Shown here: in pieces, positions 40,197 to 53,500 of the stretch
Numbering within the stretch: position 1 is the first letter of the stretch
How the letters are laid out: each line of letters begins with the position of its first letter
Source: Yuukianura sp. NJ FZ-2021
Taxonomy: Eukaryota
Assembly (NCBI GenBank): GCA_046563655.1
Contig: CM102288.1
Location: forward strand, 3,348,001 to 3,412,000
Direction of reading: 5' to 3'
DNA length: 64,000 nucleotides
Translations under genes and position numbers: made by a program
The notes under the pieces: generated by a model
What the model saw: the letters and a program-made list of their open reading frames with translations, nothing else
Told to the model about the DNA's origin: nothing
The model's database searches: none

Positions 40197-42966
40197 TCAG
40201 GAAACAGCGGAATCTTCGACTGTGTCAGGAATCTCCATGTGCTCTTCAGTGGGTGGTTTGCTTGTACTTGCAGCAGCACCGCCTTTGGTGAACACATAGA
40301 TTGGTCGCTGAAAGCCTTTGGAGTGGTGAGCTGGGATTCCAACTAAGTTAACAGATGAGAAGCCCACTTCCTTCAAAAGAAAGGCTTCAAAATCCTTCGG
40401 GAAGAATTTGATACTTTGAAAAGTTTTGAAAATTTCCTCCTGCAAGTAACAAAAAAAAACATTTAGTTAATTCCGTTTAAATCGAGCTACTTATATAAGG
40501 TCAGTTAAAGTGTAGATTCTTACGGTCAATTTCTTTTTCTTGCGATACGATGTCCATGGTTGTGGCTCCAGAACAAAGACTCCTCCAGGTCGCAGATTCA
40601 AAAATGCTCGACGAAAAAATCGCTTCAGCCCGTCATCTCCGAAGTTGAGGTGCACCCACTTCGTAGTGCTGAGACAAACGATGCAGTCGTACTGCGGTTT
40701 CACGGTTGACAGCAATTCGTCATCTTCCATAACGTAATTTTCCTAAAATTCAAAAGAAATATTAAAAGTTTAGAAAATCTTGTCATGAAAAGTTAGAAAA
40801 AAAGTGAAATTGTAAAAAAAAAAATTGTAGTCATACTTGTCGAAAACCAACGTTGTACGGAAACAGAATCCTCTTGCGTTCTCCTTGGCTGCCACTAGTC
40901 GACGTCGGCGTAGCACTCGGTCCTCCATACTCCGGTGTTTTCCCCATGGCCGCTTCCAACTGTGGAGGTTGAAGACTTCCATGTACGATTGAAAGGGCGA
41001 GAGGAAACTTTATACTCACATCGTTTGGATCTCGATCCACGTAATGCTTCACGTTCTTCTTCGCCACCTTGATCAAGTATCCGTCAATGTCAATTCCCAG
41101 GATCCGGCGTGGTCCAAAGTCTCGTCCTAGGCAGAGTGTCACATGTCCAACGTTACATCCTATGTCCAGTACATCCTTTCCTTCGATCCATTCTCTTTTG
41201 AATGCTCTCAGTCGAGCATCCTCTGCTTGTCCAGCATTTCGATACCCATAGTACTGGTTGTAATTCCCAAAACGAAAAATCTTGTCCTTCGTATGAAATT
41301 TATGAAGTGTCTTGCCCTCTACTGGCTTCGTCTGCTTGTTGTCACTTTCCTTCTTCTCTTCGGCAACTTTCGGTTGCTGTGGATGGTGCTGATGTTGTTT
41401 CTTGTGATGATGTCGGAGATGTGCATGTGAAGCCCATGGTCGTTTTCCAGTAGTGAGATTCGGGAAAACCGGACTCACAATTGGATCAAGTCGATTCCGA
41501 TACCTTCGGTTGAACATCGCTTGCTGCTGGACAGAAGGTTCAGGAGGAAGTTGTCTACGCTGAATTTCGTTTCTTGGAGGGGTGCATCCAAGACCGTAGT
41601 GTCCAGAAGGGACGCGATGCTCAATCATGACATCCATGGGACGAGGCGGAGGTGAAAATGGTTCTGTAATTGTGAACGTGTCCTGTGTACCCATGTAGTT
41701 ACTCATTGAAGGTGACTCGAAGGGCAAAACCGTAAAATTCTCGTTCATGGTATCTAGAACAAACGGTGAAGGTTGATAATGAGACGACAAAGGAATATAA
41801 TCGCTGGAAACACGAAATGGATATGATGTACTCGGCTCCCTTTCAACTGCAACAACTTCTTTCTCTGTTGGAGCGACATCAGAAGACGTTGTCATTTCCT
41901 CTTTTTCCTGAGCTTGTGAACTTGAACTTTCTCGAACTTGACCCTTGTCGCCAATGCCATCCTCTGAGATGCCACCAGTCGCTTGTGGTTGGATTTCTGA
42001 ATGTTGCTGAATGGGAATCGCATCAACCTCATCATCGTCTCGTAGTTCCTTGATATGATTTTCTGCAATAACTGCCGCAGCTACTTTTTCAACGTCTTCG
42101 TCAGAACCGGCAGATTCCACGCTGCACTCGCTTTCATTTCTCTTCCTCAAGCTCCTTCTGCGATGACGACGTCTCTTATGCGGGTGTGGTTGTGGTTGGG
42201 TTTCGGTCGGAGTGACCGACAAAATGCCTTCGATTACATCCCTGGTATTCTCTACGTCATCTTCTGACAACAAGCGCAACGGATCATGATAATTTTTAGG
42301 AATCATAATTGGAATTTCACCCGAGTTGTGCGAAGAAGGAAATGGCATTGGTGACGTTTTTGGTGTTACGGCATTATCCGAATCTCCGAGACCGTTCAAG
42401 TTCAATGGATCGTGTGCATTTCCACCCAAAAGAAACTTCAGCGGTGTTTTATGGACTCCGCCACCTCCAGGTCCGGATGGACAAGAAATATGTCTTCTAA
42501 TAAACATTCGTCTTGACTTGTACGGTGGCATATAATTCCCATCATTCCCACCTCCATGTACTGATTTCTTACGCTTTCGAAAACTTTTCCTCCTTCCTCC
42601 ATTGCCGCCTACACAATAAGGACACCAATTTCGATAAAAACGACGTCTCCTAACCCTACCATTTTTAACAACTTTCTCGTTCTTACCCAGTAATTGGTCC
42701 TGCAAATCTTCTTCGCTCTCTTCCTGGCCTCCTGACCCTAGTTCGTGCGTCACTTTCTCAAATGCAATTGTTGGCATCCTGACAACACTTTTAGCAATTT
42801 CCAGTGCCGCTGATGCTGCTGTGGAAGTACTGGCAGCTCTTGGCGACTCACCTCCTCCAAAGTTCTGCTGATGAAGTGGTGAAGGCGAAGGGGATGAAAC
42901 CACAACAACGTCTCCCATCCTAGTCATATGATTTCGATTTCCAGCTGAATTTGATTTTCCCTCCAT
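40197..42966 (-). CDS. MEPCE: 7SK snRNA methylphosphate capping enzyme (MEPCE / Bicoid-interacting protein 3)
   Basis: Exons 42966-40837, 40742-40524, 40439-40197. [38 protein letters not shown] (SAM-binding motif I); [53 protein letters not shown]. Confidence 0.95.
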
Positions 42967-44293
42967 CCACCCTCCCCCTTCCAAGTTCCTGGGGGTTCGA
43001 GTCAGCTGACTTTTATATTTTTAGAATAAAGGTCACACAAATTAAGGAATTTAAGGGCCTACAATGACCCGTGTGCCTTGACACGGGGAAAAAAGTGGTA
43101 GAGGACGTTGACCTGCGTATGTTGAGATGATACTGGAGAGGGTAAAGGTCACTGGGTCACCAAATGGTTCTACTTCCTTAGCTTAGGGAGTGTCCTATCC
43201 CATGGACTGCTTAGCCCATAATAAAGGCACTTCTTTTCTTCTGTTTGTATCTCCATTTTTTGCATTTGAAAAAAAAGCGAAGGCAGAGGCAGAGGCACAA
43301 TAAAACAGAAATTCCACATTGCACTCGCCTCAACCATGGTTTGCGTGTAACATGCAACAGAAAAACTTGCCATATTTTTTTCAACACTGTAATTAGTAAA
43401 AGTGATGTACAAAATTATATGATAAGTTGGTTTAAGTACGTTTAAGATGCGTTATTGTAACCAGACAGTGTACCACACAATAATGGGTTGCTACGCTATG
43501 ATGTTACAATGGCTACGCTGTGCGGCTATGTACTATGTTGCTACTTTTGGTTAGATTAAAATGGCTACAAATGTTGCCACCAAGGTGTGGCCACCTGTTA
43601 CAGCAACACTAGATGACCGTTATTTCTGTACTAGGTGGATCACCAATAAACCTTGCCTCAACCGAGAAGTTTATGTTCAGAGTTGTTTTTAAATCGAAAC
43701 CCTAAATTTGTGCACTAGAGTAAACAAAGTGCGGAATAGAATTATTCAAAAGTGTAAAAACAAGGAAGACGACGCTCTTGAGGCTTTCTTATCAACATGG
43801 AACGATTTTTTTTAATGAAAAATTGGTTTTTATATATAAATTATTAAATTAATTCAGCATATTATTACCTTGCTGTCCGTACGTTTCATACAGGTTTGCT
43901 TAACCTGAAATTATTAATTTTTCATACAGCTTCGAGAAACTCTCAAAATTAGACAAAATTTTGAAAGTGCATTGTTTGGAAACTTTTTGCACCAAATTAC
44001 GTAAAATGGGCAAAAGGTTGCAACTTTCTGCAAAAATTATAAATCTTTAAAACGGTCACATTTTGGATGTGATTTTTTTCTATTTTTTTGCAAAAATTTT
44101 TGCATCAATTTAAGCGAAAAGATGTTTTGAAACTTGGGTCGAGCGATGCAATGACAACAGTCGCTGCTGCAAGCTTGAAATTTCTAGAATTTTCTAAAAT
44201 TGAAATTGTGTGTGTGTTTTTCGAAGTTTTTGAAGAAGAGCCTTTTTTTTTTTACATGGGAGGCCTTTGAAAAATGAAAAAAGTAGACAGGGT

Positions 44294-45570
44294 ATTATAC
44301 GGAGCAAAGGGGCAGGTAGCCCTTCTCTGCTTTTTGGATTTTTGTATGGAAGGCCACCGGCGGCAAAAGAAAAAAAGTAAAAAAAAAAAAAGTAGAGGAG
44401 AGGAGCCTTTTTGCATCGCCTAATCTCCGCATAGCTCCGGACATTTTCCAAGCAGAGCCTGCATCTCTCAATGTTAAATCTGTTTCCAAAATTTATGAAA
44501 ATTAAAAAACTTTAAAAATTCGTATCTCAGGAACGGAATGCAATAAATTCAGTAAGTCTTTGTCAAATGTGTAAAAAAATGAAATTTTTTGTGTTACATG
44601 TATTTTTTGATCTTCTCCAAATTTTGGGGAAATGAAGTCCCTTTAAAAAGAAAATTTTTGGTGAAAAATGTTTGACCTAACTCAACCCATTATGGAGATA
44701 TCGAAGGTCGCAGCCGCCATTTTGGAAATATTGCGGCACGATTATCTCCGGAACGGCTCATCCGATTTAGGTCATCTTGGGCTCAAATGAAAGGGCTCGA
44801 CATGCTCCAGACCTCATTTTTTTCTCAAAATTTTGACAAGGGCCCATGGGCCCTTAATTGTTGAAAGTTTAATTAGTTGTGGACTTTCATCTCAGAATAT
44901 TAATTTTCTCGTTAGAATTACATGGAATATTTACAGTAGACCAAAATGACCCTTAAGGGCCCACTGAAAATCTTAAGGGCCCCCTATAAAATTTCTGCAA
45001 AATGTGCTTACTTAAACATTACAACGTGTTTAATTGTAATTTGGCAGTATATGGTAAAATTGTGTAGGGCCCTTAAGATTTTCAGTGGGCCCTGAAGGGT
45101 CATTTTGGTCTACTGTAAATATTCCATGTAATTCTAACGAGAAAATTAATATTCTGAGATGAAAGTCCACAACTAATTAAACTTTCAACAATTAAGGGCC
45201 CATGGGCCCTTGTCAAAATTTTGAGAAAAAAATGAGGTCTGGAGCATGTCGAGCCCTTTCATTTGAGCCCAAGATGACCTAAATCGGATGAGCCGTTCCG
45301 GAGATAATCGTGCCGCAATATTTCCAAAATGGCGGCTGCGACCTTCGATATCTCCATAATGGGTTGAGTTAGGTCAAACATTTTTCACCAAAAATTTTCT
45401 TTTTAAAGGGACTTCATTTCCCCAAAATTTGGAGAAGATCAAAAAATACATGTAACACAAAAAATTTCATTTTTTTACACATTTGACAAAGACTTACTGA
45501 ATTGCCAATTTCTTCACGACTGCATTCAGAACGATCCCAAGAATTTTTTATTCCCAAAAACCGAATTCCT
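44294..45570 (-). mobile_element. Dispersed non-autonomous repeat, copy B, split by the foldback insertion
   Basis: 44294-44549 and 45500-~45570 are collinear, in reverse complement, with copy A at 24530-24832. Confidence 0.7.
44550..45499. mobile_element. Foldback/MITE-like non-autonomous DNA element: 950 bp, 433-bp TIRs, 84-bp spacer, 4-bp AATT TSD
   Basis: 44550-44982 is the reverse complement of 45067-45499; by eye one mismatch (CCCTTAAGGG vs CCCTGAAGGG). AATT at 44546-44549 and 45500-45503. No transposase ORF. Confidence 0.93.
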
Positions 45571-45816
45571 ATGTACGGTGTGGGTGTAGCATTAATTTTA
45601 ATTAAAAAGTAAAAAGACGGACCATGGATAGTACGAATACCTTTTGGGTTTCATCCACTTTTGTTTCATCCACTTTGTAAATAAGTTTTATTCTCCACAG
45701 GTAAACAAATGTTTTTGATAAGTTCTGAAAACTATGTATTGATTTTTTAGGAAAGTATAGGTTGTTTCGAATTGAAGAATTCAACGAGAGGAAGAGCTGA
45801 TCTAATGATGATGAAC

Positions 45817-46860
45817 TTATTGTGATCCAGTAGAAAGAAGAGCCAGAAGACCGCCGGACAAGCTGACAGAGAGGACGTAGTTTCTGTTGACCAAAGAAAA
45901 AATCAAAATGAAGTCATTAAATGAGCACAGTGTTAAATTAGTTCAAAGATCGCTTACACCGTGGGTGAGAATGATTTGAGGATATAAAAGCTGCAGAAGA
46001 TGATCAGAGCCAGAAACAAAGCGTTGTTGTAGAATATGGAGAAGGTCGTAGCTTCGTAGTCTGCAACTTCATTCTTCTTCCAGAGAATACTGGAAAAATA
46101 AACATTCATTTGAACCAACACAATCATGATTTCACTTCATAAAATCAATGCTGAATACTGCTATTGCTGTGCTACGATCTTACCGTTCATCCTTCTCTTT
46201 CTTGCTCATCTTCTTGTCTTCTGAAAGACGTTTGTTCATGTCTTCCGTTACAGCCGCTTCACGCTTCACTGCCACCTGAAACAAAAAGATTCACCAATGC
46301 GTATTAAGCCTACCGTTGGACAAAGTTCCATAAAGTCTTCTAACCATTCATGTACTAAAGCCCAACGTTGTATAAGTATAACTAAGTTAAGTACGTGACA
46401 AACTGAAGCTCTAATTTAGCTTTGATAATGTAAACTAGGCACGAGTTCAACTAATCTGCCCCTATTACCACTAACACAGCGACATTCAATATTTGAATCA
46501 TAAAGTGAGCCCAACTTACCTTATGCTTGAGTGAGAACTTTGTATTTTTGTAAGCAAAAGCCATGAGCCAAGTGGCGGCAAGGGTCACCAGAAGGAAGAT
46601 CGGTGATGCTGTGATGATATCCATCAGATGGATTCTCCAGAACAACCCTATAGTAATCAAAGAAACAATTTACATCATAACAGCTGATCCATCGATACAT
46701 TTATCACTTGATTATCATTTGGTAACTTACAGATCGGGATTGCTGAAACGATGAAGGCATTTCCGTAGAAGAGTGCATTGGATTTTGTAGAAACGTTGCG
46801 ACTGAAGTCTTGGAGCAGTAGTTCTTCCTCCCTTGTAAACTGTTTCGACTTGGCTGACAT
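45817..46860 (-). CDS. SSR3: Translocon-associated protein subunit gamma (TRAP-gamma)
   Basis: Five exons. [94 protein letters not shown]; ends [22 protein letters not shown] (TAA at 45819-45817). Confidence 0.96.
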
Positions 46861-47512
46861 GTTGTTATTTCGGTCCTTGTGAACTAATCACTTAAGTGCT
46901 GTAACTAAATCAATTAAAATCTTCTCACAACTCCTTGGTGTATCTTCCCTACCGGTCTGTCTCTCCACCTTGTATGAAATATGCAAAAGGTGGAATCTGT
47001 AAATTGACAACACCGTATTTTGAGCCTTCCCACTTGGAAAGTGTTGATGAGCTGGCACCGAGTTGGCTTCCCTTGCCTCCTTGTGAACATCAAAAGTACA
47101 GAGCATTTCACACAAAACTCATTGCATGATTTGTAGCGCATTGCATTTGCAAATCGAAATCATAATGATTAACAGCAAGCACTCCAAAATAAATCAAAGT
47201 TAGCATAAGTTTTAGCAAATTTTCTACAAAGCAGGCCGAACAGTTAAGCAACTAAAACTTCGAATTTGAAGAGAAATGGACCTCGATTAGGAAAATCTGC
47301 AACCAATTGTAAGATCTACAAAAAGCAGTGGCTGCAGAAGCAGAAAAGCAGTAAACTCAAGATCATGTTATTAATTAAGCAATAGAATTATAGAGAAAAT
47401 TAGGAAAAACTAATTAGTACCTTAGCCATCTAGTGTTTGAAGTTTCACTACATTCGCTTCTAGCCAATGCATCCAGCGTTGAGTAAGTTCGAGTACATCC
47501 AAAATGCTGCCG

Positions 47513-50500
47513 TTAGTCTTTCGGCGGTGCTTCGTTAAATATATGACGAAAGTCCGGATCATTCAGTATATGCTGATGTCTTCCGTGCATAAAGTGTTCG
47601 ACGTAAAATTGCCAACGTGGGTAGTACTTCGCAATTAGAAGAATTTTCCTACACACATTTACACAAAAATTCAAACTTATTTTCGTCCTGCACAAATATT
47701 GATAGTATTTTTTAAAAATATTAAAAACTATAACACTTACGCCTGCGACAGAACCAGAATTTGAGTAAACGTTTCAGCTCGGTAGGATTTTGCATAGTTT
47801 GAGCCATAGAAGAAGGCCGCTGCTTTTCCAAAAGCCTGCCAATTTAGAACATGATTCCAAAAATGTTTTTAAAATTTCTTAAATTTTGGTTTTTACGTCT
47901 CCGTGTTTATATTTTTTGAGAAAGTCAGTTCCTCCTTTGTCGTTTCGTTCATAGGCAGCTACTTCTCCGCTGTGAATAATGAACAGTTTGTTTCCAGGTT
48001 CTCCTTCACAGGCCACAAATTGACCAGGCAGAAACATCGAATGCTTGAAAAGGCAAGCCACGTTGCGAATAAACGTCAGTTCCCCAATCGTTCCAAACAT
48101 TTGACACCTCTGAATAGTTTTGCAGAATAGAACGGAAGAGACGTCCAATCGCATTGACTTTGGTAGAAATTGCAACGTTTCATGAATCGGAACACCGCGA
48201 CACTGCAACAAAGTTTCACTTTAGCTTCACTTTTGCAATTTTAAAATAGCATTGTTTACCTGGTGCCACATCGTCAAATAGTATGCTCTGACGTAAGCTT
48301 CCAAGGTCCAGGAAAGTCCAATACTTTTAAGATGGTTCTTCAAAAAAACGCTTAGGTTAAGGTCATTAGGTCATGAAAACTTAAAATTGTATTGAGTATT
48401 ACCGTCATGAGGAGAACATTGTAGAAGTAGACACGACGCTCTTGGGACAGTGATGTGAGGCCAACAGCAATATTTGCAATAACAACGCTTACACCCAGTG
48501 TGCCAACGAACATTGCAATAACCGTTAGAAGGTAAGTCTAAAAAATTTGAAAATTTAACTTCTTCCAGATTTCATTACTTTTAGTAAAATCAAAAAAGAC
48601 TTTACGTTCAAAACATGTGGAACAATGTCTTCTCCCAAGCCAGTGGTAGTGACCGTCACAAACGCAAAGTACAATGACCTCAAATACCTTCAACAAAAAT
48701 TTTGAATTTTTTAAATTGAAATTTGAAAGCTCTTATACAAGAACTTTCCGGAGTTGATTCAACGACATACCAGGAAAAAGTGTAGTCTGAAACCTCGTCT
48801 CCGGGTTCAATAAACATTTCACCTAAAAGTAAAAAAACATTGAGCAAAATTTTAGACTTCAACATCAATTTTCCAAAGTTGTTTTTCGATTTACGGTAAA
48901 TGATGATCCAAGTCTTATGTCTTGGTGATTCCGGAGTGATGAAAGCGAGATGGAAAAAGAGGCAAGCGACAACATGTCCAAAAAGTAGAAAAAGACTTCC
49001 ATAAAATTTCAGTCTTGACGCAAATATTGACATCTCAACGTCGTCTTTTTGACCTTTCGATAAGTGACGGTAAAGGTAAATCTAAAGTCGAAAACAAAAG
49101 AAAACCTTGAATTATCGATGAATTTTCATGAACTTTTGAAATTTTGAAACTCACCATTCTGAAATACAGAAGTGTCACAAGGGCTGGGTGGATCAAATAC
49201 CAAGGAATAACAGTCAAAACGTCAAGCACAAACAAGTTGAGATCGGTGAAATAACTGCAAAGCAGAAACGGTTTTTCAAAAATAATGTTGTGTAATTTCC
49301 AAACTTGGATTACTTACTTGATCATAATTTTTGTCCACACTTTGCAGTAAGTTTCCGGTTCGTATAGTTCGAAAGGCGTAATCCAATGCAAAATCATATC
49401 GATGACAAAAATGATCTGGCAGATTATGATGCTGGCGATAACCCAGGATCGTACTGTCAAATCTGTCCCAATAATCGGTTGTGGTCCAAGGACAATGAAG
49501 ATGACCCAGTACAGGGCAAGTCCTGGATAAAAGAAACTGGCCAACAGACATATTTTTTCAAATACTCGTTGCACTGGACATTTTGGATGGATGAGGAACT
49601 TGAATTTCTTGGGGCGACTAGAAAAAATTAGCCAAAACACAACATTATAAATCCATTCATGCGTTAATAGTGTTTAGTTAAGCTTACTCTGTAGCCATGT
49701 AGAGAACTGGAAGGTCGCTGTCATGGATTCCAGAACCATAAAGCGGACGCCCACAGCGATGTGTCTTCCCTTCCTTCTTCACTCGTTGTGCAATTCCCTC
49801 CAGAGACCGTGGATTCCGCCGTATTAAGGATCGTAGCAACCGTGTTGTCTCTTTGGCAGTCTTGGTGTACTCTGGATCTTCTTCCTCTTCCGGTCTAAGT
49901 CAAATTCAACTTTAGAATAATCCTTAAATTCAATTTTGAGCCTTTTTGAAAGTAGGGAATACCGAATCTTGCTCTCGTGAATGTCATTGAGACTGTCTTT
50001 CAACATCTCCAGCATCTTCCCCCTCACTTTTGGATAGTAGCGGACCAGTTTATTGAAATTTCGGAGACTGAGCACAAGCACTTCAACATTGGTAGCTGCG
50101 ACGATGGCGTGTTTCCGAGGAAGTTCAAAGAGGAGATCCGTTTCGCCAAAAAATCTAACAAGTTTTTCCATTTTTAAAAGAAAACTTTTTAAATTAAAAA
50201 ATTAGAGTAAATGTATTGACTCACTCTCCAGCCCGAATCGTACACAACCACTGTACGCTACTGTTACAGACATATGCAGAGCCCCTGATCAGAATACAAA
50301 ACTCAAATTGGAGATTTCCAATTCGAGCAAGATGGGATCCTTTGAGGAAAACGACTTTCTCGAACACTGTTCAAACAATCACAAAATTTGAAAAAATGCT
50401 TCGTTCCAAAATAGTTAGTTGTGCAACTTACAGTTGAACATGAATCGCATAGCAGGTTCAGAGAGGTCTTGAAATAGGGGAATGCCGTCGAGCGAGTCAC

Positions 50501-53500
50501 CGACAAAGTGTTTGAACAGATCGTGTGACAGCGCTAGTTGAACCAAAGAAAAAGTGTATTTGAAGCAAATCACATTCATATTCTTTGTCGACTATTCTTA
50601 CAGGGGTGCAAGTCGCCAAAAAGTTGCTTCGGCTGCAATCCTCGGCTCTAAAATTGTGAAAAATGAAAATAAAACTCAAATCTCCACTTTTTACACAACC
50701 AAAACCGAAAAAAAAGCTTACCATTAGCCAAGTGTAGTTCAAATAGTCAGAGACAGGTCTGCAGCCAAAACACAAAATTAAAAAACCGAAAGTCAGAAAA
50801 TAGCAAACATTTTAAATTCAATTTTGATTTTACTTGATCCATTTCTCTCCGCGGTTTTCGTCCACATAACGCAGCAAATGCAAGACACGGGACTTGTGTT
50901 CAACGAAGTCTGCCCTCAACTCGTCGCTGTCAACCTCAGCCGCAGTTACTGAAGTTGGTCAAAATTAACTACAATTCAGCATGTCTAGTCAATTTCATAA
51001 ACTAAAAGTTTAACTTACTGTCAGAAGCGACGTACACAAGTAACAGCACACCTTGAAATGGAAAACAACAATTCAAATTCCATCAACAAGCACACAGTAA
51101 AAACAGCATTTTCAAAATTTTTTCGAACCAAACAAGGTCATGATCAACACAAAGATGAGTTCATCCTGGGCATGCAACGGCGTCAGATCTCCAAATCCCA
51201 CACAAAACAAGACTTGGATGGAATAGTACAGTCCAATTACTAGCCGAGTGAAGATTGAATAGAAAGTCAAGTCTGAGACAAAAATTAAAAATGAAAAATC
51301 ACCACATTTTTCAAAACAAACTGGAAAAAAGTTTCCAACATTGCGCTAGTATCACCTGGCACAAGCGCTTTTATCCATCCATTGAAGCAGTAGGGCAGTC
51401 GATACTCGTCTCCATCTCTCCAATCATGCTGACCCAACGGACATCCAATTTCAATAGCAATCGTTGCAAAGATGATGCTCACTGACACTGTGAGGATAGC
51501 GTAGAAAGCGATGCTAGAAGCAAAAAGTTATCGAAAATTATCGAACTTGGGATAAAAGCTTAATTTTATCCAGAACTTACAAGTTAGTAAGGCGTCTTGT
51601 GGATGAGTTTCTGACCAAGCCGAAGAGGGCTAAAAACCGATAGATTTGCAGAAAGCGAATCCATCGTAACTTGGAGTACCACGAGGCATGCAGTCCGTAA
51701 CCAAAAAATGCCGTGAATCCTCCACCATAGAAGAAAAGCATCATCAGGGAACTGACCAATTCCGCTGGAGTGGAAAAAATGGCGTCGTAGAGGAACATTC
51801 CTTCTTTGACGTAACGGGCAGAGGTCATAGCTGGATGTGAGATGAGAGACTTGTTCTTTGTGTAGTATGCCCAGTGCAGCTTCAGGTAGCTATAAAATTA
51901 TAAAAAAGTATAAACTATAAATCATAAATATAGATATAAGTATAAATTATAAAATACAAACTACAGTTATATATATAATATATAAAAGTAAATATATAAA
52001 AGTTTTAATATAATCTTACATGTCCATCCAAGAGATGATATCCAGCACAAGGTTGATGAATCTCACAAATGGAGTTCGGTAGCCCATGAACAGCTAAAAG
52101 GACGCAAAATTTAGCGACTTAAAAACAATATGTATGTATGGTTCACTTTTTTCTAAAATGTTGATTTTTACTTCGATAAACAGTGTCAGAATGATTCCCA
52201 ATACTCCTAAGCTGGAGAACACAGTCCAGGCTTTGGCAAATGTACCGCATGGGTGGACCGTCTTTGACATGAGCAGCAACCTTTAGATGCCAAAAGCACT
52301 TAACAGTTAACTTAATGTCACAATTAATTTAAACACTAAAACTTCATAAAAATTGATTTTTTCTTACTTGAACAGACACTTGCAACGCACGGTTTCCCAA
52401 ATCGCTTTGTTCTCTTCATAAGTGCAGTGCGGGAAACTTTCGCCCTCTGACTTTGGAAACTCCATCCACGACGGTGTCACTACTGGAATATCCGTCGACT
52501 CCTCGTCATCCCCAATAGCATTCCGCCGTTCCATAGCTTCTGGATCGGCACGTCTCACGTGAGCCTGCGTTAAATTTCAAAATTTTCGCCAATTACGTTC
52601 AAAATTTCAAAATTCAGGTTAATTTTATTAAACTAACCTTTTCGTCTTGGATAATGCTATGAATCGCTGATGCTTCCTCTTTGCTCAAACTGTCTTTGAG
52701 ACAAGGTTGGTCAATCACAAAAAGATGAACGTAGCTTAGCGTTTTGACGTCAAATCTTGCCGGTTCCGAGAATAGGAGATCGCGTATTCCAAAGTGCGCC
52801 GTTGGACCGAGTATTGTTTCATACTTTTCTTCCGGAGCTGCATATGTGCTACTCATCCTTGGTCTCCGGCCAATCGAACTTCTCCTACTCCTACGGCCAG
52901 AGCTAGTCGAACTTGGCTTTTTCTTTACTGGTGGCGGATACAACTAATGCACAGAAAATAATTCAGCACCAATGGTTTATACTTGCCATTTATTGTTTGA
53001 AGTACTTACTCCCACATATCCATTGACGATGACGTACATCTCATGTCGAATTTCTCCAGCTCTCTGGAAAGTTATTCCAGGCGGAAGCACATACCTTCCC
53101 ATATTATTGACAACATTTAGAAAAACGGAATCATCCGCGCTCTGAAAACCAAAAAAAAAATCAGTTTGTGTTACGAATTCGCAACATAATGCCCAAAAAT
53201 TCAGTAATTTTGCTTACCGTAAACAATGGAATTCCTTGGAGGTAAATACGGTACTCAATGTCGACAATATTTTGAAAAAGGTGGTGCGGAGCGTCGTACA
53301 GGAGAACATGTTCATCCGAAGGAAGTTTTACACCTACAAAGTCAAAAAAATATGTTAGGGAGGTCACAATTCAAAAAATTTTGAGAAATTGAAAATATTG
53401 GTTTCGAAAACTTGCCTTTCGTGAATGCAAACTGCAGTTTGTAGTGTTCGTAGATTCGATCAAAGAGAATTTCATTGACGTCGTAATGTTTTAAACATTG

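Noticed and set aside
41069..42535. Multiple plus-strand ORFs opposite MEPCE (and similar antisense ORFs over the dynein and channel genes)
   Set aside because: Shadow ORFs of real coding exons, with no recognisable motifs.
49824..49961. Apparent premature stop (GCYDP*) separating channel repeats III and IV
   Set aside because: An intron at ~49961-49895 (CG|GTATTC...CTTAG|A) shifts to an open frame that continues into repeat IV.
51890..52018. Extremely AT-rich TATAAA-like tract
   Set aside because: Low-complexity intron of the channel gene with no regular period; not a promoter.
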